From: an uncultured delta proteobacterium
GTDB taxonomy: Bacteria > Myxococcota > Kuafuiibacteriia > Kuafuiibacteriales > Kuafuiibacteriaceae
Assembly (NCBI GenBank): GCA_963803435.1
Contig: CAWDML010000001.1
Location: 2,816,001-2,880,000 of the forward strand
Direction of reading: 5' to 3'
Length of the DNA: 64,000 nucleotides
In this document: piece by piece, positions 17,919 through 29,020 of the stretch
Position numbering within the stretch: position 1 is the stretch's first letter
Layout of the letters: each line of letters opens with the position of its first letter
Program-made: the position numbers and the translations under genes
Notes under the pieces: generated by a model
Seen by the model: only the letters and a program-made list of their open reading frames with translations
Databases searched by the model: none
What the model was told of the DNA's origin: nothing

Positions 17919-20384
17919 TCAGCTCTTCCGGCTCCACGCCATCAACCACGCCGGCATGAACACGATCGCCGCGAGGAGGGTCGTGATCTCGCCGAGAATG
18001 GCCACCTGCCCGAACGAGATCAGCCCTCCGTTGCGCGCGAACAGCAGCGAGCCGTAGCCCACGATCGTCGTCAGCGAGCAGAGGACGACCGCCCCACCGG
18101 TCGAGCTGATCGCGTGATAGGCCGCCATCACCGGATCGTTCGTCCCCCGTTCGATCAGATAGCGCGAGTACGTATTCACTGCGTAGTCGACGCCGATCCC
18201 GAAGGTGATCGGCAGCGCGATGAAGTTGAGGAAGTTGATCCGCAGATCGAGGAACCAGCACAGCGCGCCCAGCGTGCTGACGCCCACCAGGAGCGCCCCG
18301 ACCACCACGGCCACCCGGCCGGGGCGGCGGTAGGCGAAGAAGCAGAGCAGGATGACGCCGAAGAACGAGTACATGGTGGCGCGAGGTCCGTCGATGGCCA
18401 CCGACTCGAGCATGTCCGTGTAGATGACGTAGTTGCCGGACGAATGGACGACGCGCCCGTCCGGGAGCGGGATCGATCGCAGCACCTCTCCGGTCGCCCG
18501 GATCACGTCGACGTGCCACTGGTTGAGCTTGATGTTGGGATTCACCAGGACGACCAGCCCCTCGCGGCCGTCCAGCTCTCTGAAGTCGGACCGGATCGAC
18601 TCGGGTAGATCGGAGGCGGTGACCGAGACGATCTCCTCGGGCGGACGCAGCTCGAGGGCCCGCGCCCGCTGCGTCTCGGAGAGGTTGTCGAGCAGGTCGT
18701 CCGTCAGGAGGCCGCGGATCTCCCCGAGCACCGCGATCTTCTCCTTCTGCTGCTTCGGCACCAGCTTCTGGAGCGCGGCGACGTCGCCGATCGGGCTGGC
18801 GTCGCCGTCCTTCGCGATGAGCCCGTCGAGGTAGTCGATCACCGGCTCGACGTCCTCCGGCCGATCGACCAGCAACACCTGCGGCGTGATCGAGCGCCCG
18901 AAGAGCCCCTGGATCTTCTGCTGCCAGTACTCGGCGCCCTTCTCGGCGGCGAACGTGCTCCTCAGCTTCTGGAAGTTCTTCTCGAACGGATCCTGCAGGA
19001 ACTTGGTGGTGAAGACCGCGCCGGTGAGCCCGAGCGCGACGCCCAGGATCGCGAAGGCCGCCGGCAGCGCGCGGATGAAGCGCGCGGGGATCGAGGCCAG
19101 CATCCCCGGCGGGTAGAGCGAGATCTCGCGGCCCGGATCGGACGGCCAGCGGCGCTCCATCCAGATGATCAGCGCCGGCATGATCGCGAACGTCGCGAGC
19201 CAGCACAGGACCATGCCCAGGCCGCCGACGATCCCGAAGTGCTTGAACCCGAGGAAGTCCGTCGCGGTCAGCGATCCGTAGGCGATCGAGGCCGCCAGCG
19301 CGGCGGTCGACGTCCCCTGCACGGTGTAGCGCGCCGCCGTCCGCACCGCGCGCTCCACGTCGGTGCCGGTGCGCCGCTCCTCGATGTATCTCGCCAGCAG
19401 AACCAGGCCGAAGTTGATGCCATTGCCGGGGACGATCGGTCCGAGGAACGCCGAGGAGGCGTTGAGGTGGCCGACGAGGAAGTGGCTGAGGCCGAACGTC
19501 CAGGCGCAGCCCACGAACACCGGCAGCGCCAGGATGATCACCGCGCGCCAGCGCCGGTAGTATCCGATCACGAGCAGCGCCAGCAGGAAGAGCGTGATGA
19601 TCGAGGCGGTGATCAGATCCTCGACCAGCGCGTCCTGCTCCGCGATCAGGTTGGCAAGCTCTCCCGAATAGCCGACCTCCATCTTCGGATCGTGCGAGGC
19701 CGGATCGAGCTCGCGGACGATGCGCTCGATCGCTCCGAGGAACTGGCGGTTCCCGGCAATGCCGAAGCCGGTCCCTCTCCGGCTCACCAGCACCGCCACC
19801 CGGTGGCCGTCCTCACTCTCGAAGTAACCGCTGGGGAAGCGGGCCATCAGGCCCTGCTTGCTCTGGTACTTCTTCTCGATGTCGCTGAAGTCGAGCTCGA
19901 CGGGCTTCTTGTCCTCGAGATCCACCAGGAGCGGATTGGCTCGCGCCTTAGCGTCGTTGACCGCGTCCTCGACGCGCTCCTGGATCTCCTCCAGATCTTC
20001 GAGATCGACGTACAGCCACTTGTGCTGCTCGAAGAACGACTTCTCCTCGCCCAGCTTGTTGCGCACCGAGCGGATGTTGGGGAGCTTCTTGATGCCCTCC
20101 ACCAGCGCGTCGGAGAAGCGGCGGTTCGCCTCGCGGCTCGGAGATTCGATGGTGATGTTGAGATAGGATCGGCCGCCGAAGCGACGCTCCAGCTCGTTGA
20201 GCGTGAGCACGGATTGCGCGTTCGAGGGGAGGAGCTCCTTCACGTCGGCGCGCGTGTCGCCGAAGAGGCGCGCCGTCCAGTAGCCCATCGGCAACGTGGT
20301 GATGAGCGCGATCAGCAGGACGGTGCCGGGACGGCGGAGCACGACGGCGCCGGCGCGATCGAGGAGCGTAGGTCGAGTGATCAA
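17919..20384 (-). CDS. MMPL/RND-family lipid transporter
   Basis: Two-repeat 12-TM layout, FGIGVDYAV, TGGAVVLCSLTTIVGYGSL. Start uncertain (ORF open to 20432). Confidence 0.88.
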   Translation of the reverse strand: MITRPTLLDRAGAVVLRRPGTVLLIALITTLPMGYWTARLFGDTRADVKELLPSNAQSVLTLNELERRFGGRSYLNITIESPSREANRRFSDALVEGIKKLPNIRSVRNKLGEEKSFFEQHKWLYVDLEDLEEIQERVEDAVNDAKARANPLLVDLEDKKPVELDFSDIEKKYQSKQGLMARFPSGYFESEDGHRVAVLVSRRGTGFGIAGNRQFLGAIERIVRELDPASHDPKMEVGYSGELANLIAEQDALVEDLITASIITLFLLALLVIGYYRRWRAVIILALPVFVGCAWTFGLSHFLVGHLNASSAFLGPIVPGNGINFGLVLLARYIEERRTGTDVERAVRTAARYTVQGTSTAALAASIAYGSLTATDFLGFKHFGIVGGLGMVLCWLATFAIMPALIIWMERRWPSDPGREISLYPPGMLASIPARFIRALPAAFAILGVALGLTGAVFTTKFLQDPFEKNFQKLRSTFAAEKGAEYWQQKIQGLFGRSITPQVLLVDRPEDVEPVIDYLDGLIAKDGDASPIGDVAALQKLVPKQQKEKIAVLGEIRGLLTDDLLDNLSETQRARALELRPPEEIVSVTASDLPESIRSDFRELDGREGLVVLVNPNIKLNQWHVDVIRATGEVLRSIPLPDGRVVHSSGNYVIYTDMLESVAIDGPRATMYSFFGVILLCFFAYRRPGRVAVVVGALLVGVSTLGALCWFLDLRINFLNFIALPITFGIGVDYAVNTYSRYLIERGTNDPVMAAYHAISSTGGAVVLCSLTTIVGYGSLLFARNGGLISFGQVAILGEITTLLAAIVFMPAWLMAWSRKS

Positions 20385-20483
20385 GGCGCCCGAGAGTACA
20401 CCAATGTCCCCCGGTGAGGCTCGACACAGCACTCCGTCTGGGTGATAGGGGGGCGTCCGAATGTTCTTCGCTCGGATCCATCC

Positions 20484-22625
20484 GTGGTGAGACCGCGCAC
20501 CCTCGCCGTCATCACTCTACTCGTCGGGCTCGCGCTCTGTCTGGCGCCTCGTCCGGGCGTCGACAACTCGGCAAACGCGCTGCTCGAGGCGGGCCACGAG
20601 GGCCTCTCCGATTACACCGAGTTCCAGCGGCTCTTCGGCACCGACGAGGTCATCGTAGCGCGGGTCGAGCATCCCGATCTGCAAGTTGTCCTGCAAGAAG
20701 TCTCGGAGCTGACCGAGCTCTTCCAGAACGACTCGACCATGGAGCGCGTGGTCTCCCCCACCCTCGTCTACCATGCCGAGCTCGACCTCCTCTCGGACGA
20801 GGACCTGGGAGGGATGGCGGAGCTCCCCCGGCTGGCGCCGAGGTTCCAGGGCCCGCTCAACCGCGCCCTCGAGCTGCTCGACACCGAACATCCCCGCGCC
20901 ACCATCTATGCCCTGGGCCGGGTCCTTCCCGCTCAGGAGCGCATCCCGCTCGCCAACGCCCTTGAGGCTCGCAAGCGCGCGTTCTCCGAGAAGGGCGGGC
21001 GGATCCTCCTGGCGGGGCCGGCGCTCCTCAACCTGGAGCTCGATCGGGCCGGCCGAGACGTCTCGGGGAAGGCGCTGCCGCTCCTCGCGCTGGTCGCGGT
21101 GGTGTTCCTCCTGTTGAACACGCGCAGCGTGATCCTCTCCACCGCGGTGCTCGGCACCACCGCGCTCGGCGTCTTCGCCGGCGACGGCGTGCTGGGGCTC
21201 CTCGGGATCTCGACCAACATCATCGTCGACATCAGCAAGCCGCTCCTCTTGGTGCTGATCCTCGCCTCCGGGCTCCACGTCGCGATCGCCTTCGTCCACG
21301 AGCGCCAGACCAACGCCACCCCCGCCGAGGCGGCGCGCACGGTGATCGCCGCGAAGCGTCGCGCGGTGGTCCTCGCCCTGCTCACCACCGCGATCGGGTT
21401 CGGGAGCCTGGCGGTCTCCTCGGTGGTGCCGATCCGGCGCTTCGGAATGATCGCCGCCGGCGGCTGCCTCTTCGGCATCCCGCTGGTGCTCGTGCTCCTG
21501 CCCGCGATCCTCGGCATCGTCGGTGGCCGCGTGCGCCCGCAGCCCGAGGGCCGGCTCGAGGCCTTCTCCGTCGCCACGATTCGCTTCTCGCGCGCGCATC
21601 GCGGCCCGATCATCGCGGTCGCGCTCCTGAGCCTGGTGGCGGGGACGCTGGCCCTGTTCCAGCTCACGCCCGATCCGCACGCGATCAAGTACTTCCCGAA
21701 GGATCATCCGCTCCGGGTCGACTACGAGGCGCTCGAAGCGTCGGGCCTGGGCCTGTCGACGCTCGAGCTGGTGGTGAGCTCGACCGCCGGGTTCCAACGG
21801 CGTGCCCAGCTCGACAAGCTCGACCGCGTCGCCGTGGAGGCCGGCGCCCTCCCCGGCATCCACGCCGCCGTCGCGCTGCCGCTGTTCATGCGCGAGGCCA
21901 GCTTCCGCGCCGGCGGGAATGATCAGATCCCCGAGCAGCCGTTGATCGATCAGGCGATGAAGGAGCGCGCATCGGAACTGTCCGACTTCCTGTCCGCCGA
22001 TCGGAAGAAGGCGCGCGTCTCACTTTTGATCGAGTCGCTCGACGCCGACCGCATCGACCAGCTCGACGCCGCGCTCCGCACGCTGGTCGCGCGAGAGCTG
22101 CCGGGCGCCGGCCTGCTGGTCACCGGCAACTACCGCCTGCTCCTGTCGACGCAGCGCAGCCTGATCGACACGATGAAGCAGAGCCTCCTCGGCACCGCGA
22201 TCCTGATGGAGCTGGCCTTCCTACTCCTCCTGCGGGCCCCCCTGCTCTCGCTGGCGGCGCTGGTGCCCAACGTCTTCCCGGTGGCGGTCAACTACCTCCT
22301 GATGTGGCTCCTGGGCATCCCTCTCGATCTGGGGACCGCGATGACGGGAGCGATCGCGCTGGGCATCGCGGTCGACAACACGTTCCACTTCATCGACGGC
22401 TGGCGCCAGCACGGCGCGGAGGCGACCGCCCGCAGCACCGGGCGCGCGATGATCGTGACCTCGATCGTGATCGGCGCCGGCTTCCTCTCGCTCCTGATCT
22501 CCGACTTCGGGCCGACGCGGAACTTCGGGATGCTCACCGGCATCGTCATGCTCTCCGCGCTCTTCGGCGACATGTGCGTGCTGACGCCGATGCTCGATCT
22601 GGTGGCGCGCCGGGGCGACGAATGA
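20484..22625 (+). CDS. MMPL/RND-family transporter
   Basis: LTTAIGFGSL, LVPNVFP, IALGIAVDNTFHF, GRAMIVTS. Start uncertain (ORF open to 20442). Confidence 0.88.
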   Translation: MVRPRTLAVITLLVGLALCLAPRPGVDNSANALLEAGHEGLSDYTEFQRLFGTDEVIVARVEHPDLQVVLQEVSELTELFQNDSTMERVVSPTLVYHAELDLLSDEDLGGMAELPRLAPRFQGPLNRALELLDTEHPRATIYALGRVLPAQERIPLANALEARKRAFSEKGGRILLAGPALLNLELDRAGRDVSGKALPLLALVAVVFLLLNTRSVILSTAVLGTTALGVFAGDGVLGLLGISTNIIVDISKPLLLVLILASGLHVAIAFVHERQTNATPAEAARTVIAAKRRAVVLALLTTAIGFGSLAVSSVVPIRRFGMIAAGGCLFGIPLVLVLLPAILGIVGGRVRPQPEGRLEAFSVATIRFSRAHRGPIIAVALLSLVAGTLALFQLTPDPHAIKYFPKDHPLRVDYEALEASGLGLSTLELVVSSTAGFQRRAQLDKLDRVAVEAGALPGIHAAVALPLFMREASFRAGGNDQIPEQPLIDQAMKERASELSDFLSADRKKARVSLLIESLDADRIDQLDAALRTLVARELPGAGLLVTGNYRLLLSTQRSLIDTMKQSLLGTAILMELAFLLLLRAPLLSLAALVPNVFPVAVNYLLMWLLGIPLDLGTAMTGAIALGIAVDNTFHFIDGWRQHGAEATARSTGRAMIVTSIVIGAGFLSLLISDFGPTRNFGMLTGIVMLSALFGDMCVLTPMLDLVARRGDE

Positions 22626-24982
22626 GGGTCGTGCCGAAGCCTGCGGCCGTCGCGATCGCGATCGCGTTCGTCGCCGCCGGAGCCTTCGCGCTCGATCACC
22701 TGACGGTCTCGACCAAGATCACCCACTTCCTCGAGGGCGGCGAGGAGAACGACCTCACGCGGCTCTCGCAATCGCTGAGCGAGTCGGAGCTCCTCCGGAC
22801 GATCATCGTGACGGTCGAGACCGACAGCGCGGATCACTCGGCCGCCGCCATCGAGGATCTCTCGGCGCGGCTGGCGAAGGTGGCGGGCGTGGCCTGGGTG
22901 CGGAGCGGCGTCGATCCGGAGCTGGAGCAGGCGGTTCGCTCGCTGTACTTCGACCGCCGCCTCTACTTCGCCAGCGATCGGCCCGACGAGCTCGACCTAT
23001 CCGACCAGGGGCTGGAGGCCGCCGCCCGTGAGCTCAAGCGGCAGCTGGCGCTCCCCACCTCCACGCTGATCCGCCCGATGGTCACGGCCGATCCGCTGCT
23101 GGCGTTCCTCGGCCAGCTCCTCCGCATGCGTGCCGCCCGCACCGGCGACCTCGAGCTCCACCACGGCCGCTTCGTCACGCCCGACGGCAGGTTTGGGGTC
23201 GCCTTCCTCGCCTCCAAGGAGTCGCCCTTCAAGGGCCAGGCACCGCTGGTGGACGCGATGGACCGCGTCTTCGCCGAGACCCGCGCGGCCCATCCCGAGA
23301 TCCGCGGCATCGAGGAGAGCGGCGTCCATCGCTTCGCCGTGAGCTCCGAGCGATCGATCGTCGCCGACGTCTCCCGGATCTCCACGTTGTCCACCTTGGG
23401 CGTCCTGATCCTCTTCCTGATCCTCTTCCGCTCGTTCCGCTACGTGATCCTGACGCTGATCCCCATGGTCACCGGGATCTGCGCCTCGATCACCGCCTGC
23501 GCGATCGGCTTCCCTTCGATCCACGGCGTCACGCTGGCATTCGGAAGCTCGATGATCGGCGTCTGCGTGGATTACGGCGTCCACCTGCTCAACCACCACG
23601 CCCTCTCCACCGAGAAGACCACGCCCGCCCAGACACTCGCGCGCGTATGGCCGGGTCTGGTCCTCGGCTGCGCCACCACCGCCGCCGGGCTGGCCGCGAT
23701 GCTGTGGACCACCTTCCCCGGGATCAAGGAGATCGCCGTGTTCTCGGTGGTCGGCGTGATCGCGTCGCTCGCCACCACGCGCCTGGTGCTCCCCGCGTTC
23801 CTGCCGCTGGCGCGAACGCCGGTGAAGCTCCACCGCGCGCTCGCCGACGCCCTCGGCCGCGCCCTCGACGCGGTGCTGTCCCGCCGCCGCCTGATCCTCC
23901 TCGGCTGGATCCCGATCATCGCGATCGCCGCGGTCGGCTATCCGCGCCTCACCTGGAACGATCAGCTCTCCGCGCTCAACCACCTCGATCCCGCGCTCTT
24001 GGCGGAGGACGTCCGCGTGCGCGAGCGCGTGTCCCGCATGGAGGGCGGGCAGATCGTGGCGGTGGTGGGCGACACCGAGGAGCAGGCCCTCGAGCGCAAT
24101 GACCGCGTGTATCAGGCGCTCGAGCGCGGCGGCCACGTGGAGCAGTTCCGGTCCCTCCACGCGTTCCTCTGGTCGGAGAGGCTCCAGCGCGAGAACCTCG
24201 AGAAGATCGAGGGCGCCGGGCTGGCCGAGCGTCTCCCGGCCGCCTTCGCGAAGGAGGGCTTCTCGGCCGACGCCTTCGCGCCCTTCGTGAAGAGCCTGAC
24301 GGCCACCGTGGCGCCGCTGTCGTGGTCCGATCTGGAGGCCACGCCGATCGGTCCGTTGATCCGCCCGTTCCGCGGCGAGCTCGAGGGGAAGACGGCGCTC
24401 TACACCTTCGTGCGCGGTGTCAAGGATCCGGAGGCGCTCGCCGCCGACCTGGCGCCGATCGAGGGCGCGTTCTACTTCGATCAGCACCGATTTCTCGCCG
24501 AGGCCTACGGCCGCTACCGCGAGCGGACGATGGAGCTGATGGGGTTCGGTCTGGTGATCGTCTTCCTGATCGTGCTGATCCGCTACCGGAGGATGCGGCT
24601 GACGATCGCGGCGTTCGTCCCCTCGCTGCTGGCCGCCGCCTCCACGCTCGGCTTCCTGGGGATCGTCGGGCTGGAGGCGAACCTCATGCACCTGGTCGCG
24701 CTGCTCCTGGTGCTGAGCATGGGCGTCGACTATGGCATCTTCATGGTCGAGCACCGCACGCCCGGCGTGGAGCGATCAGCGTCGTTGCTCTCGATCGTGA
24801 TCGCGTGCCTCACCACCGTGCTCTCGTTCGGCGCGCTGGCGCTGTCGAGCAACCCGGCGCTGCGCGCGCTCGGAGTCGCGGTGTTCGTCGGTGATGTGCT
24901 CGCGCTCCTCCTGGCGCCGACCGCGCTCGGATTGCTTCCGGAGCGGGATCGATCGCTTGACCCGACCGGCATTGACCCCTAA
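22622..24982 (+). CDS. MMPL-family predicted exporter
   Basis: FGSSMIGVCVDYGVH, LSMGVDYGIF, LTTVLSFGALALSSNPAL. ATGA overlap with the preceding gene. Confidence 0.88.
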   Translation: MRVVPKPAAVAIAIAFVAAGAFALDHLTVSTKITHFLEGGEENDLTRLSQSLSESELLRTIIVTVETDSADHSAAAIEDLSARLAKVAGVAWVRSGVDPELEQAVRSLYFDRRLYFASDRPDELDLSDQGLEAAARELKRQLALPTSTLIRPMVTADPLLAFLGQLLRMRAARTGDLELHHGRFVTPDGRFGVAFLASKESPFKGQAPLVDAMDRVFAETRAAHPEIRGIEESGVHRFAVSSERSIVADVSRISTLSTLGVLILFLILFRSFRYVILTLIPMVTGICASITACAIGFPSIHGVTLAFGSSMIGVCVDYGVHLLNHHALSTEKTTPAQTLARVWPGLVLGCATTAAGLAAMLWTTFPGIKEIAVFSVVGVIASLATTRLVLPAFLPLARTPVKLHRALADALGRALDAVLSRRRLILLGWIPIIAIAAVGYPRLTWNDQLSALNHLDPALLAEDVRVRERVSRMEGGQIVAVVGDTEEQALERNDRVYQALERGGHVEQFRSLHAFLWSERLQRENLEKIEGAGLAERLPAAFAKEGFSADAFAPFVKSLTATVAPLSWSDLEATPIGPLIRPFRGELEGKTALYTFVRGVKDPEALAADLAPIEGAFYFDQHRFLAEAYGRYRERTMELMGFGLVIVFLIVLIRYRRMRLTIAAFVPSLLAAASTLGFLGIVGLEANLMHLVALLLVLSMGVDYGIFMVEHRTPGVERSASLLSIVIACLTTVLSFGALALSSNPALRALGVAVFVGDVLALLLAPTALGLLPERDRSLDPTGIDP

Positions 24983-24990
24983 GAGCCCCC

Positions 24991-26190
24991 ATGCGCATTT
25001 GCCCGCTGGCGCTCCTCTCCCTGGCGCTGTTCGCGTGCGAGCAGAAGCCCGGCGCCGATCAGACCGACAAGAGCGGTCAGCCGCCCGAGACCAGCGGCGA
25101 GGCGGAGACCGACGAGCCCGTCCCGGCCCCCGGCGACACGATCCTGATCGGTGAGGTCGCCTCGCTCAGCGGCGCGCAGGCGACCTTCGGGATCTCGTCG
25201 CGCAACGGGATCGAGATGGCGATCAGGGAGGTCAACGCCGCCGGCGGGGTCAACGGCAAGAAGCTGGCTGTGCGCGTGTACGACGATCAAGGCAAGCCGG
25301 AGGAGGCCGCCAACGCAGTCACGCGGCTGATCGCGCAGGACGGCGTGAAGGTGATCCTCGGCGAGATCGCCTCCACCAATTCGCTGGCGATGGCCCCCAA
25401 GGCGCAAGCTGCGCAGATCCCGATGATCTCGCCGTCTTCCACCAGCCCCAAGGTGACCGAGGTCGGCGACTACATCTTCCGGGTCTGCTTCATCGATCCG
25501 TTCCAGGGCCTGGTGATGGCCAGGTTCGCGCGCGAGAGCCTCAAGGCGAAGACCGGCGCGATCCTCCGCGATCAGAAGAGCGACTACTCGATCGGCCTGG
25601 CCGAGGTCTTCGCCGAGCAGTTCGCGAAGATGGGCGGAAAGATCGTCTCCACCGAGGCCTTCGCCCAGGGCGACACCGACTTCCGCGCGCAGCTCACCTC
25701 GATCAAGGGCAAGAAGCCCGACGTCCTCTTCGTCCCCGGCTACTACACCGACGTCGGCTTGATCGCTCGCCAGGCCCGCGAGCTCGGGATCCGGTCCACG
25801 CTGCTCGGCGGCGACGGCTGGGAGTCGGAGAAGCTCTTCGAGCTGGGCGGGAGCGCCGTCGAGGGCGCGTACTATTCGAACCACTACTCGGTCGAGGATC
25901 CCTCACCGCGGGTCCAGCGGTTCCTGACCGCCTACCAGAAGGCCTACGGCGTGGTCCCCGACTCGCCGGCGGCCCTCGGCTACGACGCCACCATGGTCGC
26001 GGTCGAGGCGATGCGACGCGCGCCCGATCTCTCCGGCCCATCGCTCCGCGACGCCATCGCCGCCACCAAGGACTTCGAGGGCGTCGCCGGCAAGATCACC
26101 ATCGATGAGAACCGCAACGCGATGAAGCCGGCCGTCGTGCTTCAGGTGTCCGGCGGCAAGGTCAAGTTCGTCACCAGCATCAGCCCCTGA
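24991..26190 (+). CDS. Branched-chain amino acid ABC substrate-binding lipoprotein (LivK/LivJ family)
   Basis: Lipobox LFAC, EVNAAGGVNGK, YIFRVCFIDPFQG, DFRAQLT. Confidence 0.92.
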   Translation: MRICPLALLSLALFACEQKPGADQTDKSGQPPETSGEAETDEPVPAPGDTILIGEVASLSGAQATFGISSRNGIEMAIREVNAAGGVNGKKLAVRVYDDQGKPEEAANAVTRLIAQDGVKVILGEIASTNSLAMAPKAQAAQIPMISPSSTSPKVTEVGDYIFRVCFIDPFQGLVMARFARESLKAKTGAILRDQKSDYSIGLAEVFAEQFAKMGGKIVSTEAFAQGDTDFRAQLTSIKGKKPDVLFVPGYYTDVGLIARQARELGIRSTLLGGDGWESEKLFELGGSAVEGAYYSNHYSVEDPSPRVQRFLTAYQKAYGVVPDSPAALGYDATMVAVEAMRRAPDLSGPSLRDAIAATKDFEGVAGKITIDENRNAMKPAVVLQVSGGKVKFVTSISP

Positions 26191-26193
26191 GGC

Positions 26194-27124
26194 ATGGCCG
26201 ACTTCTTCCAGCACCTCATCAACGGCCTCGCCTCCGGCACCATCTACGCCCTCGTGGCCCTGGGCTACACGATGGTCTACGGCGTGCTGAAGCTGATCAA
26301 CTTCGCCCACGGCGACGTGATGATGGTCGGCTGCTACGTCGGCTACGCCACCGCGCTCGAGCTGGGGCGCGAGCGCCAGTCGTCTTTCCTCGGCGTCATC
26401 CTGGTCTTCCTGGCGGCCATGGCGAGCTGCGCGCTGCTCGGCTTGCTGATCGAGCGGTTCGCGTACCGCCCGCTCCGCGACAAGCCCCGCCTCACCTCGT
26501 TGATCACCGCCATCGGGATCTCGTTCACGCTCTCCTACGGCTTCCAGCTCGACTTCGGGCCGCTGCCCGGCGCCGCGCCCAAGGCCTTCCCGGAGATCAT
26601 CCGCCCCGTTGAGTGGCTGATCGTGTTCGGCGATCGCGACGTCGTGATCTGGAACTGGCAGCTGATCTCGTTCGGCATCGCGATCGCGCTGATGCTCGGC
26701 GCTGCAGTATCTGGTGTTCCGCACCCGCTTCGGCAGAGCCATGCGCGCGGTGAGCTTCGATCACCGGACCGCCGGCGCTGATGGGCATCCCCACCGATCG
26801 CGATCATCGCAGTCACGTTCATGCTGGGCTCGCGCGCTCGCGGCCTGCGCCGGCATCCTCTACGCGATCAAGGACACCGCCATCCAGCCGCTGATGGGCC
26901 TCTACGTCGGCCTGAAGGCGTTCGTGGCCGCGGTGATCGGCGGGCATCGGCAACGTCGCCGGGCGCCGTGGTCGGCGGCCTGCTCCTGGGCCTGGTCGAG
27001 GAGTTCGTCGTCGGCTACACCGCCTCGAGCTGGCGCGACGCCGTCGCGTTCGGCTTCCTGATCGTCGTCCTGCTCGTCAAGCCGGAGGGCCTGTTCGGCC
27101 GGGCCGTCGCCGGAGAAGGTGTGA
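26194..27124 (+). CDS. livH: Branched-chain amino acid ABC permease (multiple +1 frameshifts)
   Basis: YALVALGYTMVYGVLKLINFAHG, TRFGRAMRA, KAFVAAVIGG fragments across frames. Confidence 0.85.
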
Positions 27125-27130
27125 GCCGAG

Positions 27131-28170
27131 ATGGCCCGCGTCCCGATGGCCCTCCGCGGCGTGCTGCCGGTCCTGATCGCGCTCCCCTTCCTGGCGGCGC
27201 TCGACCTGGTGCACGCGCTCGATGCCGTTCTTCATCTACCTCGCGTCGATCGTCGGGCGTGAACATCATCCTGGCGGTGTCGCTCAACATCGTGAACGGA
27301 ATGACCGGACAGTTCTCGATCGGCCACGCCGGATTCATGGCGGTGGGCGCGTACATGGGCGGCAAGCTGAGCCTGGCGCTGTCCTCGATGGCGATCTCGG
27401 GCCTGCCCGTGCCGATGTCCGATCAGATGCATGTTCGTGCTTCTCGCTCCTCGCCGGCGGCGCCTCTGCGGCCGTGTTCGGCTTCGTCGTGGGCCTCCCC
27501 TCGCTCCGCCTCAAGGGCGACTATCTCGCGATCGTCACGCTCGGCTTCGGCGAGATCATCCGCGTCATCGTGCAGAACACCGAGGCCCTCGGGCGCGCGC
27601 TCGGGCTCTCCGGGCATCCCGCAGTACCTCGAGCCTCTTCATGGTCTGGCTCTGGGTCTTCCTCACCGTGCTGGTCGGCGCGCCGGATCGCCTCCTCCAC
27701 GCACGGGCCGATCGCTGCTGGGCGGTCCGCGAGGACGAGGTCGCCGCCGAGGCGATGGGCGTGGACACCACCGCCTACAAGGTGCGCGCGTTCGTGATCT
27801 CCTCGTTCTTCGCCGGCGTTGCAGGCGCGCTGTTCGCGCACTTCGTCCCGATCATCAACCCCGGCTCCTTCACGTTCGTGAAGTCGATGGAGGTGGTGGT
27901 GATGGTGGTGGCGGGCGGCCTGGGATCGACCAGCGGCGCCGTGGGCGCAGCGGTCATTCCTCACGCTTCTGCCGGAGGCGATGCGGACGGTCTTCGCCTC
28001 GGGCGCAGGCGACATGGTCGATGGCGCAGCGGGTCGACCAGATCCGCATGCCCGTCTACGGCCTGCTCCTGGTGGCCTGATGCTGGCGCGACCGCAGGGC
28101 ATGCTCGGCACCAAGGAGATCTCGGCAGCTCGGCTGGATGCGGCGCCTGCGGAGGTCGCCGAAGCCGTGA
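27131..28170 (+). CDS. livM: Branched-chain amino acid ABC permease (multiple frameshifts)
   Basis: [50 protein letters not shown] fragments. Confidence 0.85.
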
Positions 28171-29020
28171 GCGACGCCGTCCTCTCCGGCAGAGCACGTC
28201 GGCATCCGGTTCGGCGGTCTGACCGCACTCGACGACTTCAACCTGACGGTCGGCACGGACGATCTGTTCGGGCTCATCGGCCCCAACGGTGCCGGCAAGA
28301 CCACCGCCTTCAACCTCCTCACTGGCGTGTACCTCCCCACCACCGGAGAGATCCGCGTCTCGGGCACGCGGGTGAACGGGAGGAAGCCGCACCAGATCAA
28401 CCGTCTCGGGCTGGCGAGGACGTTCCAGAACATCCGGCTCTTCAAGGAGCTCACGGCCATCGACAACGTACGGGTGGCGCGCCTCGCCGAGGCCGCGCGC
28501 CCGCTCTTCTCGAAGGGCGTCACACGGCGCCTGCCCTGGCTTCAGCCCTGGAACAACTACTACGACTGGTGGCGCGCCCTGCTGCTCACGCCCGGATACC
28601 TTCGCGAGGAGCGGGAGGTGACCGAGAGCTCAGAATCGTTGCTCGAGGTGATGGGCCTCCTTCACCGCCGCGACGAGGTTTCGAAGAACCTCCCCTACGG
28701 CGAGCAGCGGCGCCTCGAGATCGCGCGCGCGCTCGCCACGCGCCCCAGCGTGCTCCTCCTCGACGAGCCTGCCGCCGGCATGAATACCAAGGAGAAGATC
28801 GATCTGATGGACCTGATCCAGCAGCTCCGCGAGCGCTTCTCGCTCGGGATCCTGGTGATCGAGCACGACATGAAGCTGGTGATGGGGATCTGCGAGATCG
28901 ATCACCGTGCTCGATCACGGCGAGACCATCGCCGTCGGTTCACCGAGCGAGGTCAAGCGCGATCCCAAAGTGATCGAAGCCTACCTCGGCGACGCCTCGC
29001 CGGTGCAGAAGGGCGCCTGA
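28167..29020 (+). CDS. livG: Branched-chain amino acid ABC ATPase (frameshifted)
   Basis: [50 protein letters not shown]. Confidence 0.88.
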
